Shown here piece after piece: positions 19,156 through 27,960 of a stretch of 64,000 nt of DNA (positions within the stretch are counted from its first letter, which is position 1; each line of letters starts with the position of its first letter). The DNA is taken from positions 187,051-251,050 of the forward strand of contig JAXMHO010000001.1 in the NCBI GenBank assembly GCA_046346715.1. The letters are read 5' to 3'. This DNA comes from Verrucomicrobiota bacterium (GTDB lineage Bacteria > Verrucomicrobiota > Verrucomicrobiia > Limisphaerales > CAIQOK01). The translations under genes were made by a program, and so were the position numbers. The notes under the pieces are model-generated. The model was not told where the DNA came from. It did no database searches and saw only the letters and a list, made by a program, of their open reading frames with translations.

Positions 19156-20352
19156 TTATTTCTTGTTCCCGAGCAGCGACGAGAGCTTCTCGTCCGCCTT
19201 GGACAAATCCACCGGCTTCTCCGGCGCGGCGGCGGACGGCGGCGGCGCTGAGTGGGCCGCAGGTTTGGCCAGGGCTTCCAGCTTCTGCTCGTTCACGGCC
19301 GGAGCCGCGGGCGATTCCGCTCGGGCGGGAACCGGCGCGGTCTGCGGCAGGGAAAGCTTCTCGAGAATTTTTTCGGTGGCCGGTTTGGCTTCCGAGCCCG
19401 CCCGCAGATACTCCGCCACCCTCGCGCCGGACTGCGCACCGCTGGTTTCCTGGGCGGCGCGCGCCTTCTTCACGACGTCCAAAAAATAGCTCTCCAGGTT
19501 TTGCGTGGGGTTGTCCACGCGGACTTCGCCGGTGGTGAGATCCTTGCGGATGATTTCCAAGACGCGCTCCACTGTCGGCCGCGGCAGCACCGGCGTGGTG
19601 ATGCGCAGCGTGTCGGGTTCGGCGAGCAGCTCCTTCAGCGTGCCGGCCGCCTGGATCTTGCCACCGTAATAAATCACCACGCGGTCGCAGACGTCCTCGA
19701 CATCGGAAAGCAGATGGCTGCTGAGAATCACGGTCTTGCCGCGGCGCGCCAGGGCGAGAATCAAATCCTTCACCTCGCGGCAGCCGATGGGGTCCAGGCC
19801 CGCGGTCGGTTCGTCGAGAATGACCAGGTCGGGATCGTTGATGAGCGCCTGGGCCAGGCCGATGCGGCGCTGCATGCCCTTGGAGAATTCGCCGACGGCC
19901 CGCGTGCGGGTCTGGTTGAGGCCGACCATGTCCAGCAGCTGTTCGGCGCGGCTGTTGCGCTCGCCCTTGCTCAACTCGAAAAGGTTGCCGAAGAAATCGA
20001 GCGTCTCGCGGGAATTGAGATAACGGTAGAGGTAGGATTCCTCGGGCAGATAGCCGATGCGCGCCTTGGTCTGGACGTTGCGCGGCGATTTGCCAAAGAC
20101 CTCGATGTGCCCCTTCGTCGGATACAGGAGCCCGAGCAGGAGCTTGACCGTGGTGGACTTTCCCGAGCCGTTCGGCCCGAGCAATCCGAAGACCTCCCCG
20201 CGGCGCACCTCGAAGTCCACGCCGTCCACAGCGCGCGCCTTGGAACGGCCCCAAAAATCCTTGAAGACCTTGGTCAGCCCGCGGACGGAGACGACGACCT
20301 CCTGGGAGTTCGGAGTTCGGAGTTCGGAGTTCGGAGTTGGATCGGCGGCCAT
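19156..20352 (-). CDS. ABC transporter ATP-binding protein with an Ala/Pro-rich C-terminal extension
   Basis: Walker A GPNGSGKST, signature FSKGMQRR, Walker B LVILDEPT. Codons 6-17 are encoded by a tandem heptamer. Confidence 0.85.
   Translation of the reverse strand: MAADPTPNSELRTPNSQEVVVSVRGLTKVFKDFWGRSKARAVDGVDFEVRRGEVFGLLGPNGSGKSTTVKLLLGLLYPTKGHIEVFGKSPRNVQTKARIGYLPEESYLYRYLNSRETLDFFGNLFELSKGERNSRAEQLLDMVGLNQTRTRAVGEFSKGMQRRIGLAQALINDPDLVILDEPTAGLDPIGCREVKDLILALARRGKTVILSSHLLSDVEDVCDRVVIYYGGKIQAAGTLKELLAEPDTLRITTPVLPRPTVERVLEIIRKDLTTGEVRVDNPTQNLESYFLDVVKKARAAQETSGAQSGARVAEYLRAGSEAKPATEKILEKLSLPQTAPVPARAESPAAPAVNEQKLEALAKPAAHSAPPPSAAAPEKPVDLSKADEKLSSLLGNKK
20304..20338 (-). repeat. tandem 7-nt repeat: (AACTCCG)x4 plus AACTCCC on the coding strand
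   Basis: Read directly on the plus strand: GGGAGTT CGGAGTT CGGAGTT CGGAGTT CGGAGTT. It lies inside the first codons (PTPNSELRTPNSQ) of the ABC ATPase. Confidence 0.9.
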
Positions 20353-20367
20353 AAATCGTTGGATGAA

Positions 20368-22387
20368 TCAGGCGATCTTCGGCGTGAGCGAAGTTTTCGG
20401 CTCCGACGAGGAATCGCGCCGGCCGGAGGGGGCCGGCTCGGGCTGGAAATGCTCGAGGTCCTCGCCTTTGCGCACCAACCGCGCGCTGTTGAAGATGACG
20501 ATGAACGTGCCGGCCACATGGAGGATGGACGCAATGATCGGTCCAATCTGACCCATCGCGGCCAGGCTCAAGCCGCCGATGATGAACATCACGCCGAGGA
20601 AAAAGTTCTGGTTGATGACAGCCCGGGTGCTGCGCGACAGCTTCACCAGAAAGGGCAGCCGGCGGAGATCATTGTTCATCAGCGCAATGGTCGCGCTGTG
20701 GATGGCCACCTCGCTGCCCGCCGCGCCCATCGCGATCCCGATGTCGCCCGCGGCCAGCGCCGGGGCGTCGTTCACGCCGTCGCCGATGACCGCCACCTTG
20801 TAGCCCTTGGCCTTCATCGCGCGGACAAACTCCACCTTGTTCTGCGGGAGACAATCGCCCTTGGCTTCCTCGCAGCCGATTTCGGCCGCCACGCGCGTGG
20901 CCACCGCCTGGCGGTCGCCGGAAATCATTGCGATGCGGCGAACGCCGGATTCCTTCAACTCGGTGAGGGACACCCCGGCTTCGGCGCGGGTCCGGTCCTG
21001 CATGCCGACCCAGCCGATGCATTGATTGCCACGAGCCACGAAGATCAGGCTCCAACCTTCGGCTTCGTTCAGATCAACGGACTTAAGAAAATCCTGCGCC
21101 ACGCCGTTGTCCTTGAGCCATTGCGCGCGGCCGACCAGCACGGTCTGGCCGTTGATGACCGCCTTCACGCCGCGGCCGGCGGTTTCAGAAAAGTCCTTGG
21201 GCTCCACCAGCGGCACACCGGCTTCCTCGGCCAGTTGCGCGAGCGCCTTGGCCGTGGGGTGATTGCTGTATTTTTCCGCCGAAGCCGCGAGCAGCAGCAG
21301 TTCGGCAGGCTTGGCATCGCCCAACGGGGCGAGCCGGCTCACCGCCAGCTGGCCGGTGGTCAAGGTGCCGGTCTTGTCGAAAACGAAGGCGTTGATCTTC
21401 GCGGCAAGCTCAATGTCCGCGACGTTCTTGATCAGCAATGCCCAGACGCGCCGCCGCAGACAGCGCGGCCACCATCGCGGTGGGCGTCGCGAGAATGAAG
21501 GCGCACGGGCAGGACACGACGAACACGGCGATGACCCGGTCCAGGTCTTTCGTGAACGCCCAGACCAGCGCGCCGATGACCAGCACCAGCGGCGTGTAGA
21601 AGCCCATGTATTGGTCGACAATCTTCTGCACCGGCAGCTTGGTCTGCTCGGCGGCCAGGATCAGCTCGCGCACCCGGCCGAGCGTGGTGTCGGTGCCGGC
21701 GCGGCTGACCTTGATCTCCAAAACGCCCGTGAGGTTCTGCGTGCCGGCGTAAACTTCGTCGCCAGGCTTCTTGTCCGCCGGCAGCGATTCGCCGGTGATG
21801 GTCGCCTGATTGAAGGAACCCTGACCGTTGACGATGACGCCGTCCGCCGCAACGTTGTCGCCGGGACGGATGCGGATGATGTCGCCGACAGCCAGTTCGC
21901 TGGCGGCAATTTCCTCCTCGAGGCCGTCCTTCTTGATGCGACGGGCCTTGGTCGGGGTGAGCTTGATGAGCGATTCAATGGAAGCGCGGGCACCTTCGGC
22001 CGTGCGGGTCTCGATGATCTCGCCCAGCAGCATGAAGAAGGCGACCACGCCGGCGGTCTTGTATTCGCCGGAGGCAAACGCGGCGAGGACGGCGATGGCG
22101 ACGAGTTCGTTGATGCTCAACCGGCCGATGCGCAGATCCTTGATGGCGATCAGCACGATGGGCGTGCCGAGAATGATGGCGCCGATCATCGCGCTGGCAT
22201 TCGCGATGGTCGTGCCCTGCTCGAACAGCCAGTCCACGATGAAGGCGTTGATGACAAAGACCACGCCGACGAGCGTCTGGGTCAGGCGGACGGGCGCGTG
22301 CTCGTGGCCGCAGTCGCAACCGGGACCGTGTTCGTGGTGGCGCGGGGCTTCATCCTGCACCCGGCTCAAAAAAGATGTGACTTGCAT
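20368..22387 (-). pseudogene. P1B-type heavy-metal-translocating ATPase (CPC type, His/Cys-rich N-terminus) interrupted by a 1-nt frameshift at about 21436
   Basis: Track ORF 21410-22387 carries HHEHGPGCDCGHEH, TGES and CPC, and runs to ...AAARLGI, then hits a stop. The +1 frame continues LIKNVADIELAAKINAFVFDKTGTLT..., SNHP and GDGVNDAP (track ORF 20368-21621). The locus is 2020 nt, which is 3n+1. Confidence 0.7.
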
Positions 22388-22394
22388 GGCAAAA

Positions 22395-23519
22395 TTAAGG
22401 CATCACCGGATTGGGCGTCGCCGGTTCGCGGTTCAACTGTAGCCACAGTTGGTCGGATTTTCCACCGGCGGCGGCGGGCAAAACCCACTTGTCCATCTTG
22501 TTGGTCAGCATGCGGCCGACGGACTCGGCCAGCTTGCTTTGGGTGAACAGATTGGGATTCGCCTGATACGTCGGCAGGATTTCCGCAAAGCGCTCGGCCT
22601 GGCTGGCGGTTTCCCGGACATGCCGGATGCGATCAGATTCGGCCAGGTTCACGCGGGATTCGGCATCCGCGCTGGCCTTGCTGACAACCTGGTTTTCGTA
22701 GCTGCGCGCCTCGTTCAGGGCCTTGTTGCGGTTTTGTCCCGCCGTGACCACGCCGTCGAAGACCTGCTTCAAATTGCGCGGCGGAATGCTGCGGAGATCG
22801 ACGATGTCGTCCACGACCACGCCGACGTTCTGCTGGTCGATCAGTTCCGTGGCGCGCTTGCGCACGGCGTCGCGGAAGCCGGCGATGTCGCGGTTCAGGA
22901 TGTCGTCCACCTTGAATCGCGCCGCCGTGAAGATGAGGGCGTTGTCCAGGGCGTTTTGCACAACGTTCGAGGCGTTCACAAAACTGAAGACATACCGGAC
23001 CGGGTCATCAATGTGAAAGGAAAGCGTCGCCCGGGTGTGGATGATGTTGCCGTCCGCGGTGAGCACGTAGCCTTCGTTGGCGGGGTTCAACGCGCCTTGT
23101 GGCGGCGGCTCGGTGCCGGCCAGTTCCATTTCGGGCGTGGTGTAATACCAGCCGACCGACGACGTCACCTTTTGGATGCCGGTGATGGAGACTTTTTCGA
23201 CTTCATCGATGGGCGGGGGAAAACCGAGATGCAACCCCGGTCCGAGCAGCGCCTTCTCACCGGTCCCGACGGGCTTGCCCAGGCGCAGAATGATGGCGCG
23301 CTGGTCGGGTTCCACGCGGAAAAATCCCGAGCAGAGGAACACCACGACCAAAACGGCCATGACCACCTTGACGATGGCAAAACTGCTGCCCAGCGCCTCG
23401 GCGAGCGCCTGCGAACCCGCGTCCACCGACGTGTCGGGCGAGGCCGGCGCCACCGGCGCGGGATGGTGATGCTCGTGACCGTGGTCGTGGTCGCCGTGGG
23501 AATGTTTGTGTTCGCTCAT
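22395..23519 (-). CDS. SPFH/band-7 protein, HflK-like, with a His-rich N-terminus
   Basis: N-terminus MSEHKHSHGDHDHGHEHHHP, one TM segment, then an SPFH body and a coiled-coil region. The gap to the next gene is 7 nt. Confidence 0.75.
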   Translation of the reverse strand: MSEHKHSHGDHDHGHEHHHPAPVAPASPDTSVDAGSQALAEALGSSFAIVKVVMAVLVVVFLCSGFFRVEPDQRAIILRLGKPVGTGEKALLGPGLHLGFPPPIDEVEKVSITGIQKVTSSVGWYYTTPEMELAGTEPPPQGALNPANEGYVLTADGNIIHTRATLSFHIDDPVRYVFSFVNASNVVQNALDNALIFTAARFKVDDILNRDIAGFRDAVRKRATELIDQQNVGVVVDDIVDLRSIPPRNLKQVFDGVVTAGQNRNKALNEARSYENQVVSKASADAESRVNLAESDRIRHVRETASQAERFAEILPTYQANPNLFTQSKLAESVGRMLTNKMDKWVLPAAAGGKSDQLWLQLNREPATPNPVMP

Positions 23520-23526
23520 GGCCGGC

Positions 23527-24432
23527 TTAGCGGGTCATCAGGTTCGTCGAAAAACCGCGGAACAGATCAAACGGCGGCGTCTGGTGATCGAAGATCAGCG
23601 TCGAACGTTCCTTCAATGATTCCTCCAGCGCGGTCAGGCGGAACAGGAAGCTGGCCAGCTGCGGGTTCTGCTGGAACACCGCCAGCGACTTGGCGGCCTC
23701 GGCCTCACCCTTGCCGCGAATTTCCAGCGCCTGCCCTTCGGCGGCGGACAGGACTTCGGCGGCCTTGCGGTCGGCGGCGGAACGGATTTTCTGGGCCTCG
23801 GCCTCGCCTTCGTTCTGAAGCTTGCTGATCAAAACCTGGCGTTCAGAGGTCATGCGCTCGAACACCGCCTGGGTGGTCGGCTCCGGCAGGCCCAGCTTCT
23901 TGATGCCCAGGAATTCAATGGCCAGACCGTAGTCCTTGTCGCGGATCTGCGACTGCACGGCGGCGAGGATCTCGCCTTCGATGGCCGTGAACCGGGCGCC
24001 TTCGCCGCTCGCGGAGATGAAGTCGGACAGCGGATGCTTGCCCACCACGGCGTTCTTGGAGCTGGCGAGGAGGCCCTTGAGCTTCTTCTGTGCGTCGGAG
24101 ACGGAGCCGCCGGGAAAGCGCAGCATGAAGGATTTCGGATCGGTGATGCGCCAGCCGACGTAAACCGAGGTCAGCAGGTTGTTGTTGTCCGCGGTGAGGC
24201 CCTCGGTGAAGTCATCCTCGAAGTTCTGCACGCGCTTGTCGAAGTAATAGACCTTCTGCACGGGCCAGGGCCATTTGAAGTAGGCGCCGGCGTTGGTGAC
24301 TTCCAGCGTGGGCTTGCTGAACGTCGTCACGGCGGCCACCTGCGTGGTCCGCACCTGGAACATGAACAGCAGCAGCGCGAAGATGATGACCAGCAGCGCG
24401 CCGATCGCCAGGGTGAGGGTGTTCTTCTTCAT
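23527..24432 (-). CDS. SPFH/band-7 protein, HflC-like
   Basis: One N-terminal TM segment, an SPFH body, and an Ala/Glu-rich coiled coil (EGEAEAQKIRSAADRKAAEVL). Confidence 0.75.
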   Translation of the reverse strand: MKKNTLTLAIGALLVIIFALLLFMFQVRTTQVAAVTTFSKPTLEVTNAGAYFKWPWPVQKVYYFDKRVQNFEDDFTEGLTADNNNLLTSVYVGWRITDPKSFMLRFPGGSVSDAQKKLKGLLASSKNAVVGKHPLSDFISASGEGARFTAIEGEILAAVQSQIRDKDYGLAIEFLGIKKLGLPEPTTQAVFERMTSERQVLISKLQNEGEAEAQKIRSAADRKAAEVLSAAEGQALEIRGKGEAEAAKSLAVFQQNPQLASFLFRLTALEESLKERSTLIFDHQTPPFDLFRGFSTNLMTR

Positions 24433-24439
24433 GGGTGAA

Positions 24440-26317
24440 TTATTTCTTCGGGGTCGGGTTCAAACCTTCCAGCAGGTCGGTGCGGATCTTGTCCTGCAGA
24501 TCAACCTGGAAAACGTTGTGGGTGTTCGTCGCGAGCAAAACGTATTTGCGCGCGCCGGCGGTGGCGGCGGCAAAACTGCGCAGATAGGCGCGTTCGGAAT
24601 ACACCGACGGCGCGGCGGCATAGGCCGGAATCTGGTTGGTGAACAGCGCCGCCCGCGCCCAGGCGGCAATCTGCTGCTGCTGCCGGCCGGCTTCGGCGTC
24701 GTTGATCTTCTTGAACGCGCTTGCGCCCGCCAGGGCGTTGGTGTGAATCGCATCCGCCTGCGCCGCCAGGATGCGCGCCTGCTTCGACTGGATGGCTCCC
24801 ACAACCTTTTCGTAGTCGGGGGCCACCTTCACCGGCGGATGAATGTCCTGGAGTCCGACGAAGATGATTTTCGCCCCGAGTTTGCGCTCATTGGCCGCCG
24901 CCTGGATGGTGTCGCGCAATTTTTCCGCCGCCGCCTGGCGGCCGCGCGACATGACCTCGTTCAAATCGACGCTGACAAAATACCGGACCACCTCGCGGGT
25001 GGCGAGGTTCAGCAGCAGATTGGACGCACCGTCGTTGTTGTAGGCCCAGGCGAGCAGATCATCGATCTGGAACTGCACCGGAATGCTGACGGTCAGCAGG
25101 CTGACGGGCGGCGTGCGCCGGCCGGCGGCGTCGTTGGTGTCCTGCAGGGAGCCCACTTCATGATTGGCCACGAGGAAGTTCTCCTCCTTCGTGTGCGCCA
25201 CCGTCCACAGCACCGTGCTCTGGCCTTCCGTCTTGGGGTCGGGCGAAAAACCGACGTTGAAGCTCTGGATCTGTTCGGTGCGATAGCGATACACGCGGTC
25301 CACCGGCCACGGCCATTTCACATGCGCGCCGGGATTGAGGATGGTGCGGTTTTCGACGGGCCTGCCAAAGCGTTCGAGCAACCCCTGCTCGCCGGGTTCG
25401 ATGAACACGAAACACGTGGACAAGAGCAGGACGGCCAGTTGCAGCAGCAGAACCCACTCGGCGGCGTTGATGAAAAACTTGTAGAACCACGTCTCCGACA
25501 CCTTGAAACCAAACTGGTAGTCGAGCGCCTGCGCCGCCGTGGTGATCAACCCCTCCGGCTGGCCGAGCAATCCCACCAGACGGCTGTCATACAACGGACG
25601 GGCAACCTTGCCCCGCACCCGCGGACGATACAGCTCCAGCAGCAGTTGAATCAGCGTCTCCGCGGCCACCAACGCCAGCAGGCCCACGAGCACCGCCGCC
25701 ACATAAAAATCCATCTTGGCCACGCCCGCCTCGACTCCGACCAACCCGAGCGTCAGCGCCGCGCACAGATAGGAACCCAGCAGCAGCCAGCTCGCGCCCG
25801 GACGCAGCAGCCGTTGATTTTCCAGCCGGGCGATGGTGGTGGAGAATTTGCCGAGCAGGAACAGCGCAAGGGCGAACAAGGCAAACGTCGCCAGCGCCAC
25901 CGTCGGCTGCTTGACCCCGACGGGCGTCCCGCTCTTCGCCAGCCAGCGCCAGAGCGACCAGGCCAGGAACGCCTCCGCCAGACACAAAACCAAGGTGAAA
26001 ATGGGAACGAAGAACCGCTCGAACTGTTCGCGGGAACGCTGCGCCGGGAACGCCTCGGCATCCTTGGCTTCAAACAACGTAGCGCCGCTTTTGCTCTTGG
26101 ACAGCTCGTCGAACTCCAGCTTTTCCAGGCGTTCGCGCTCCTCCAGGCGCATCTGAAACCAGCTCACCAGCGCCACCGCCGAGCCGATGCCGAGGAAAAC
26201 CATGCCGATCTGCCCGGCCAGGGAATTGGTCAGCCGCGCCACGATGAAACCCGACAGGCCGATCACGAGGAGCAGCAGCAGGTTGATGAACCCGTTTTTT
26301 TGAATGTTTCGTTCCAC
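24440..26317 (-). CDS. polytopic membrane domain (about 300 aa) fused to an SPFH/HflK-like domain
   Basis: 625 aa with a GTG start. Several TM segments are followed by IEPGEQGLLERFGRPV...VKWPWPVDRVYRY and an SPFH body. Confidence 0.7.
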   Translation of the reverse strand: MERNIQKNGFINLLLLLVIGLSGFIVARLTNSLAGQIGMVFLGIGSAVALVSWFQMRLEERERLEKLEFDELSKSKSGATLFEAKDAEAFPAQRSREQFERFFVPIFTLVLCLAEAFLAWSLWRWLAKSGTPVGVKQPTVALATFALFALALFLLGKFSTTIARLENQRLLRPGASWLLLGSYLCAALTLGLVGVEAGVAKMDFYVAAVLVGLLALVAAETLIQLLLELYRPRVRGKVARPLYDSRLVGLLGQPEGLITTAAQALDYQFGFKVSETWFYKFFINAAEWVLLLQLAVLLLSTCFVFIEPGEQGLLERFGRPVENRTILNPGAHVKWPWPVDRVYRYRTEQIQSFNVGFSPDPKTEGQSTVLWTVAHTKEENFLVANHEVGSLQDTNDAAGRRTPPVSLLTVSIPVQFQIDDLLAWAYNNDGASNLLLNLATREVVRYFVSVDLNEVMSRGRQAAAEKLRDTIQAAANERKLGAKIIFVGLQDIHPPVKVAPDYEKVVGAIQSKQARILAAQADAIHTNALAGASAFKKINDAEAGRQQQQIAAWARAALFTNQIPAYAAAPSVYSERAYLRSFAAATAGARKYVLLATNTHNVFQVDLQDKIRTDLLEGLNPTPKK

Positions 26318-26334
26318 GGAATTTAAATTGTTGG

Positions 26335-27477
26335 TCAGCTCAATTCGCGTTCTTCAAACAGCATCACCGCCAGCGCCAGCGCCGCTCCTATGTATCCCAG
26401 GGCGTAGGCGACGGCCTTGCCGACGTAGCCCCAATGAAACGCGGTTTTGCCCGTTTCCAGCACGTCGGCGAGCCAGAAAAGCTGCCAATTCGGGGTGACG
26501 GTGTAAAGCACGGACGCCCACCAGGTCCCGCCCATCCCGGCCTGCGCCAGCTTCGCCCGGTCGCCGGCATCAATGCCCTGCAATTCGCTTGAAGACATGG
26601 CGCCGTCCTTGTCCTGGTCGTATTTCGCGATGGTTTCCTTCAACAGGACCTTCTGCGCATCCGACCAGCGGCGGCTGTTCAACTCCTGTTTCAGGTCATA
26701 ACGCCAGACCGGCTCCGCATGGCGGCCAAACAGGTAGTCCGACATCAGCCCCACCATGAAAATCGCCGAGCAGATCGCCAGGGTGGGAATCATGTCGAAC
26801 CGCGTCGAACACGCCAGCGCCAGCGCGGCCAGAATCCACAGCGCGAGCAAAATGAGAACGGCGGCGGGAACAATCCGCCAGTCCACCATCGCCTGCTCGC
26901 CCAGCGACTGCGTCTGCTTGGTGAATTGGAAAATAAGAAACGCCGCCAGCGTCACCGTAATCAGCAGGGAAAAGAAGGCATCGCTCACAAACGGCCGGCG
27001 CAGGAAGAAGTTGCTGAACCCGCCCAGCAGATAGGCCGCCAGCAGCGCCGCGGCAAAAATCCCCAACGCCGCCAGGTCCGTGCTGCCATAGGCGTCGAAC
27101 ACCATCCGGCTCGCTATTAAGGCCGCCACCAGGTTCACGTACGTCATCAGCGTCAGCGCCAGCACCAGACCGGCGAATTTGGCCAGCAGAAACTGGGTCC
27201 GGCCCACCGGCTTGGACAACACGGCCAGGGCGGTGCCAAGCCGGATTTCCCGCGCCAACGACGCCGACGCCGTCAGCACCGCGCCGAACAAGCCCGACAG
27301 GAGCATCACCGCCAGCACCGTGTTCTTGACCAGCTTCGGTTCGTCGCCGAAGGCAAAGTAGTAGGGCGTCGCCAGGAAAATCTCGAAGCCCGCCGACACC
27401 GTGGTCAGCAGCAGGAAAATCGGCTGCCGGACCAGTTCCATGAAGGCATTGACGGCGATGGTGGCGAATTGTCGCAT
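26335..27477 (-). CDS. ABC-2-type permease carrying an EF-hand-like insertion (first gene of the operon)
   Basis: 380 aa with about 6 TM segments. A soluble insertion of about 70 aa (aa 250-320) lies between the last TM segments. Confidence 0.7.
   Translation of the reverse strand: MRQFATIAVNAFMELVRQPIFLLLTTVSAGFEIFLATPYYFAFGDEPKLVKNTVLAVMLLSGLFGAVLTASASLAREIRLGTALAVLSKPVGRTQFLLAKFAGLVLALTLMTYVNLVAALIASRMVFDAYGSTDLAALGIFAAALLAAYLLGGFSNFFLRRPFVSDAFFSLLITVTLAAFLIFQFTKQTQSLGEQAMVDWRIVPAAVLILLALWILAALALACSTRFDMIPTLAICSAIFMVGLMSDYLFGRHAEPVWRYDLKQELNSRRWSDAQKVLLKETIAKYDQDKDGAMSSSELQGIDAGDRAKLAQAGMGGTWWASVLYTVTPNWQLFWLADVLETGKTAFHWGYVGKAVAYALGYIGAALALAVMLFEERELS
26584..26619 (-). other. canonical 12-residue EF-hand Ca-binding loop, DQDKDGAMSSSE
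   Basis: It matches DxDxDGxIxxxE at positions 1, 3, 5, 6, 8 (Met for Ile) and 12. It is flanked by helix-prone AQKVLLKETIAKY and LQGIDAGDRAKL. Confidence 0.55.
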
Positions 27478-27589
27478 TGTTACAGGTTCGACAGGTTATG
27501 CATCGCCGGGCTGATTGCAAACGGTATTCAGGCCGGGCGATGGCGTTTGGAACAATCAAGGCGGGGAGCCGTTCAAACTGGCGCGGGAT

Positions 27590-27618
27590 AAAAACCGGCT
27601 TGGCCAGACAGACGCCGG
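27590..27618 (-). terminator. possible intrinsic terminator after the CLC-F unit (CCGGC-14 nt-GCCGG-UUUUU on the minus strand)
   Basis: A 5-bp stem plus a 5-U run. A second hairpin, AAACGG-9 nt-CCGUUUU, lies just upstream on the transcript (about 27621-27642). Confidence 0.35.
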
Positions 27619-27832
27619 GCTTAAAACGGCGGACGGCCCCGTTTACCGCGTATTCGATCCTCTATCCGCAGCAGCCTTGGCATGAACTTAGCAACCGTCA
27701 TCGGCGGGCAAATGGTCAGGACTGACACCTTTACGAACGAAGCCAAGCCATCGGTAACACCTTCGATCAACCCTACCCACGCGAAGCGGATTCTTGGGAT
27801 GGCCTTGTTGGTTAACGAACAACGTCAGATCG

Positions 27833-27955
27833 CTATTCATCCTTCTTGGCCGCACTGATGATCTCCTCGTAGGCGCGCTTGGGACTGAGCTTGGCCCAAA
27901 AGCCGGCGGCTTTGACTTTTTCGGTGGGTGTCAAACAAATGCGAAGCTGGCCCAT
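27833..27955 (-). CDS. 40-aa ORF, possibly the truncated N-terminus of a DUF190 (CrcB-associated) protein
   Basis: Below the track's size cut-off. MGQLRICLTPTEKVKAAGFWAKLSPKRAYEEIISAAKKDE starts 5 nt after the CLC-F stop. It has a weak resemblance to DUF190 N-termini (LRIY...PLYEAI...A). It is followed by the AGGACTGAC repeat element. Confidence 0.3.
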   Translation of the reverse strand: MGQLRICLTPTEKVKAAGFWAKLSPKRAYEEIISAAKKDE

Positions 27956-27960
27956 TTCGG

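Noticed and set aside
15407-27477. The SPFH pair as the canonical hflK-hflC protease-regulator operon
   Set aside because: There is no ftsH, hflX or hfq nearby. There are three SPFH paralogs rather than two, one of them fused to a polytopic domain, and all are embedded among transporter genes. They are therefore called only HflK/C-like.
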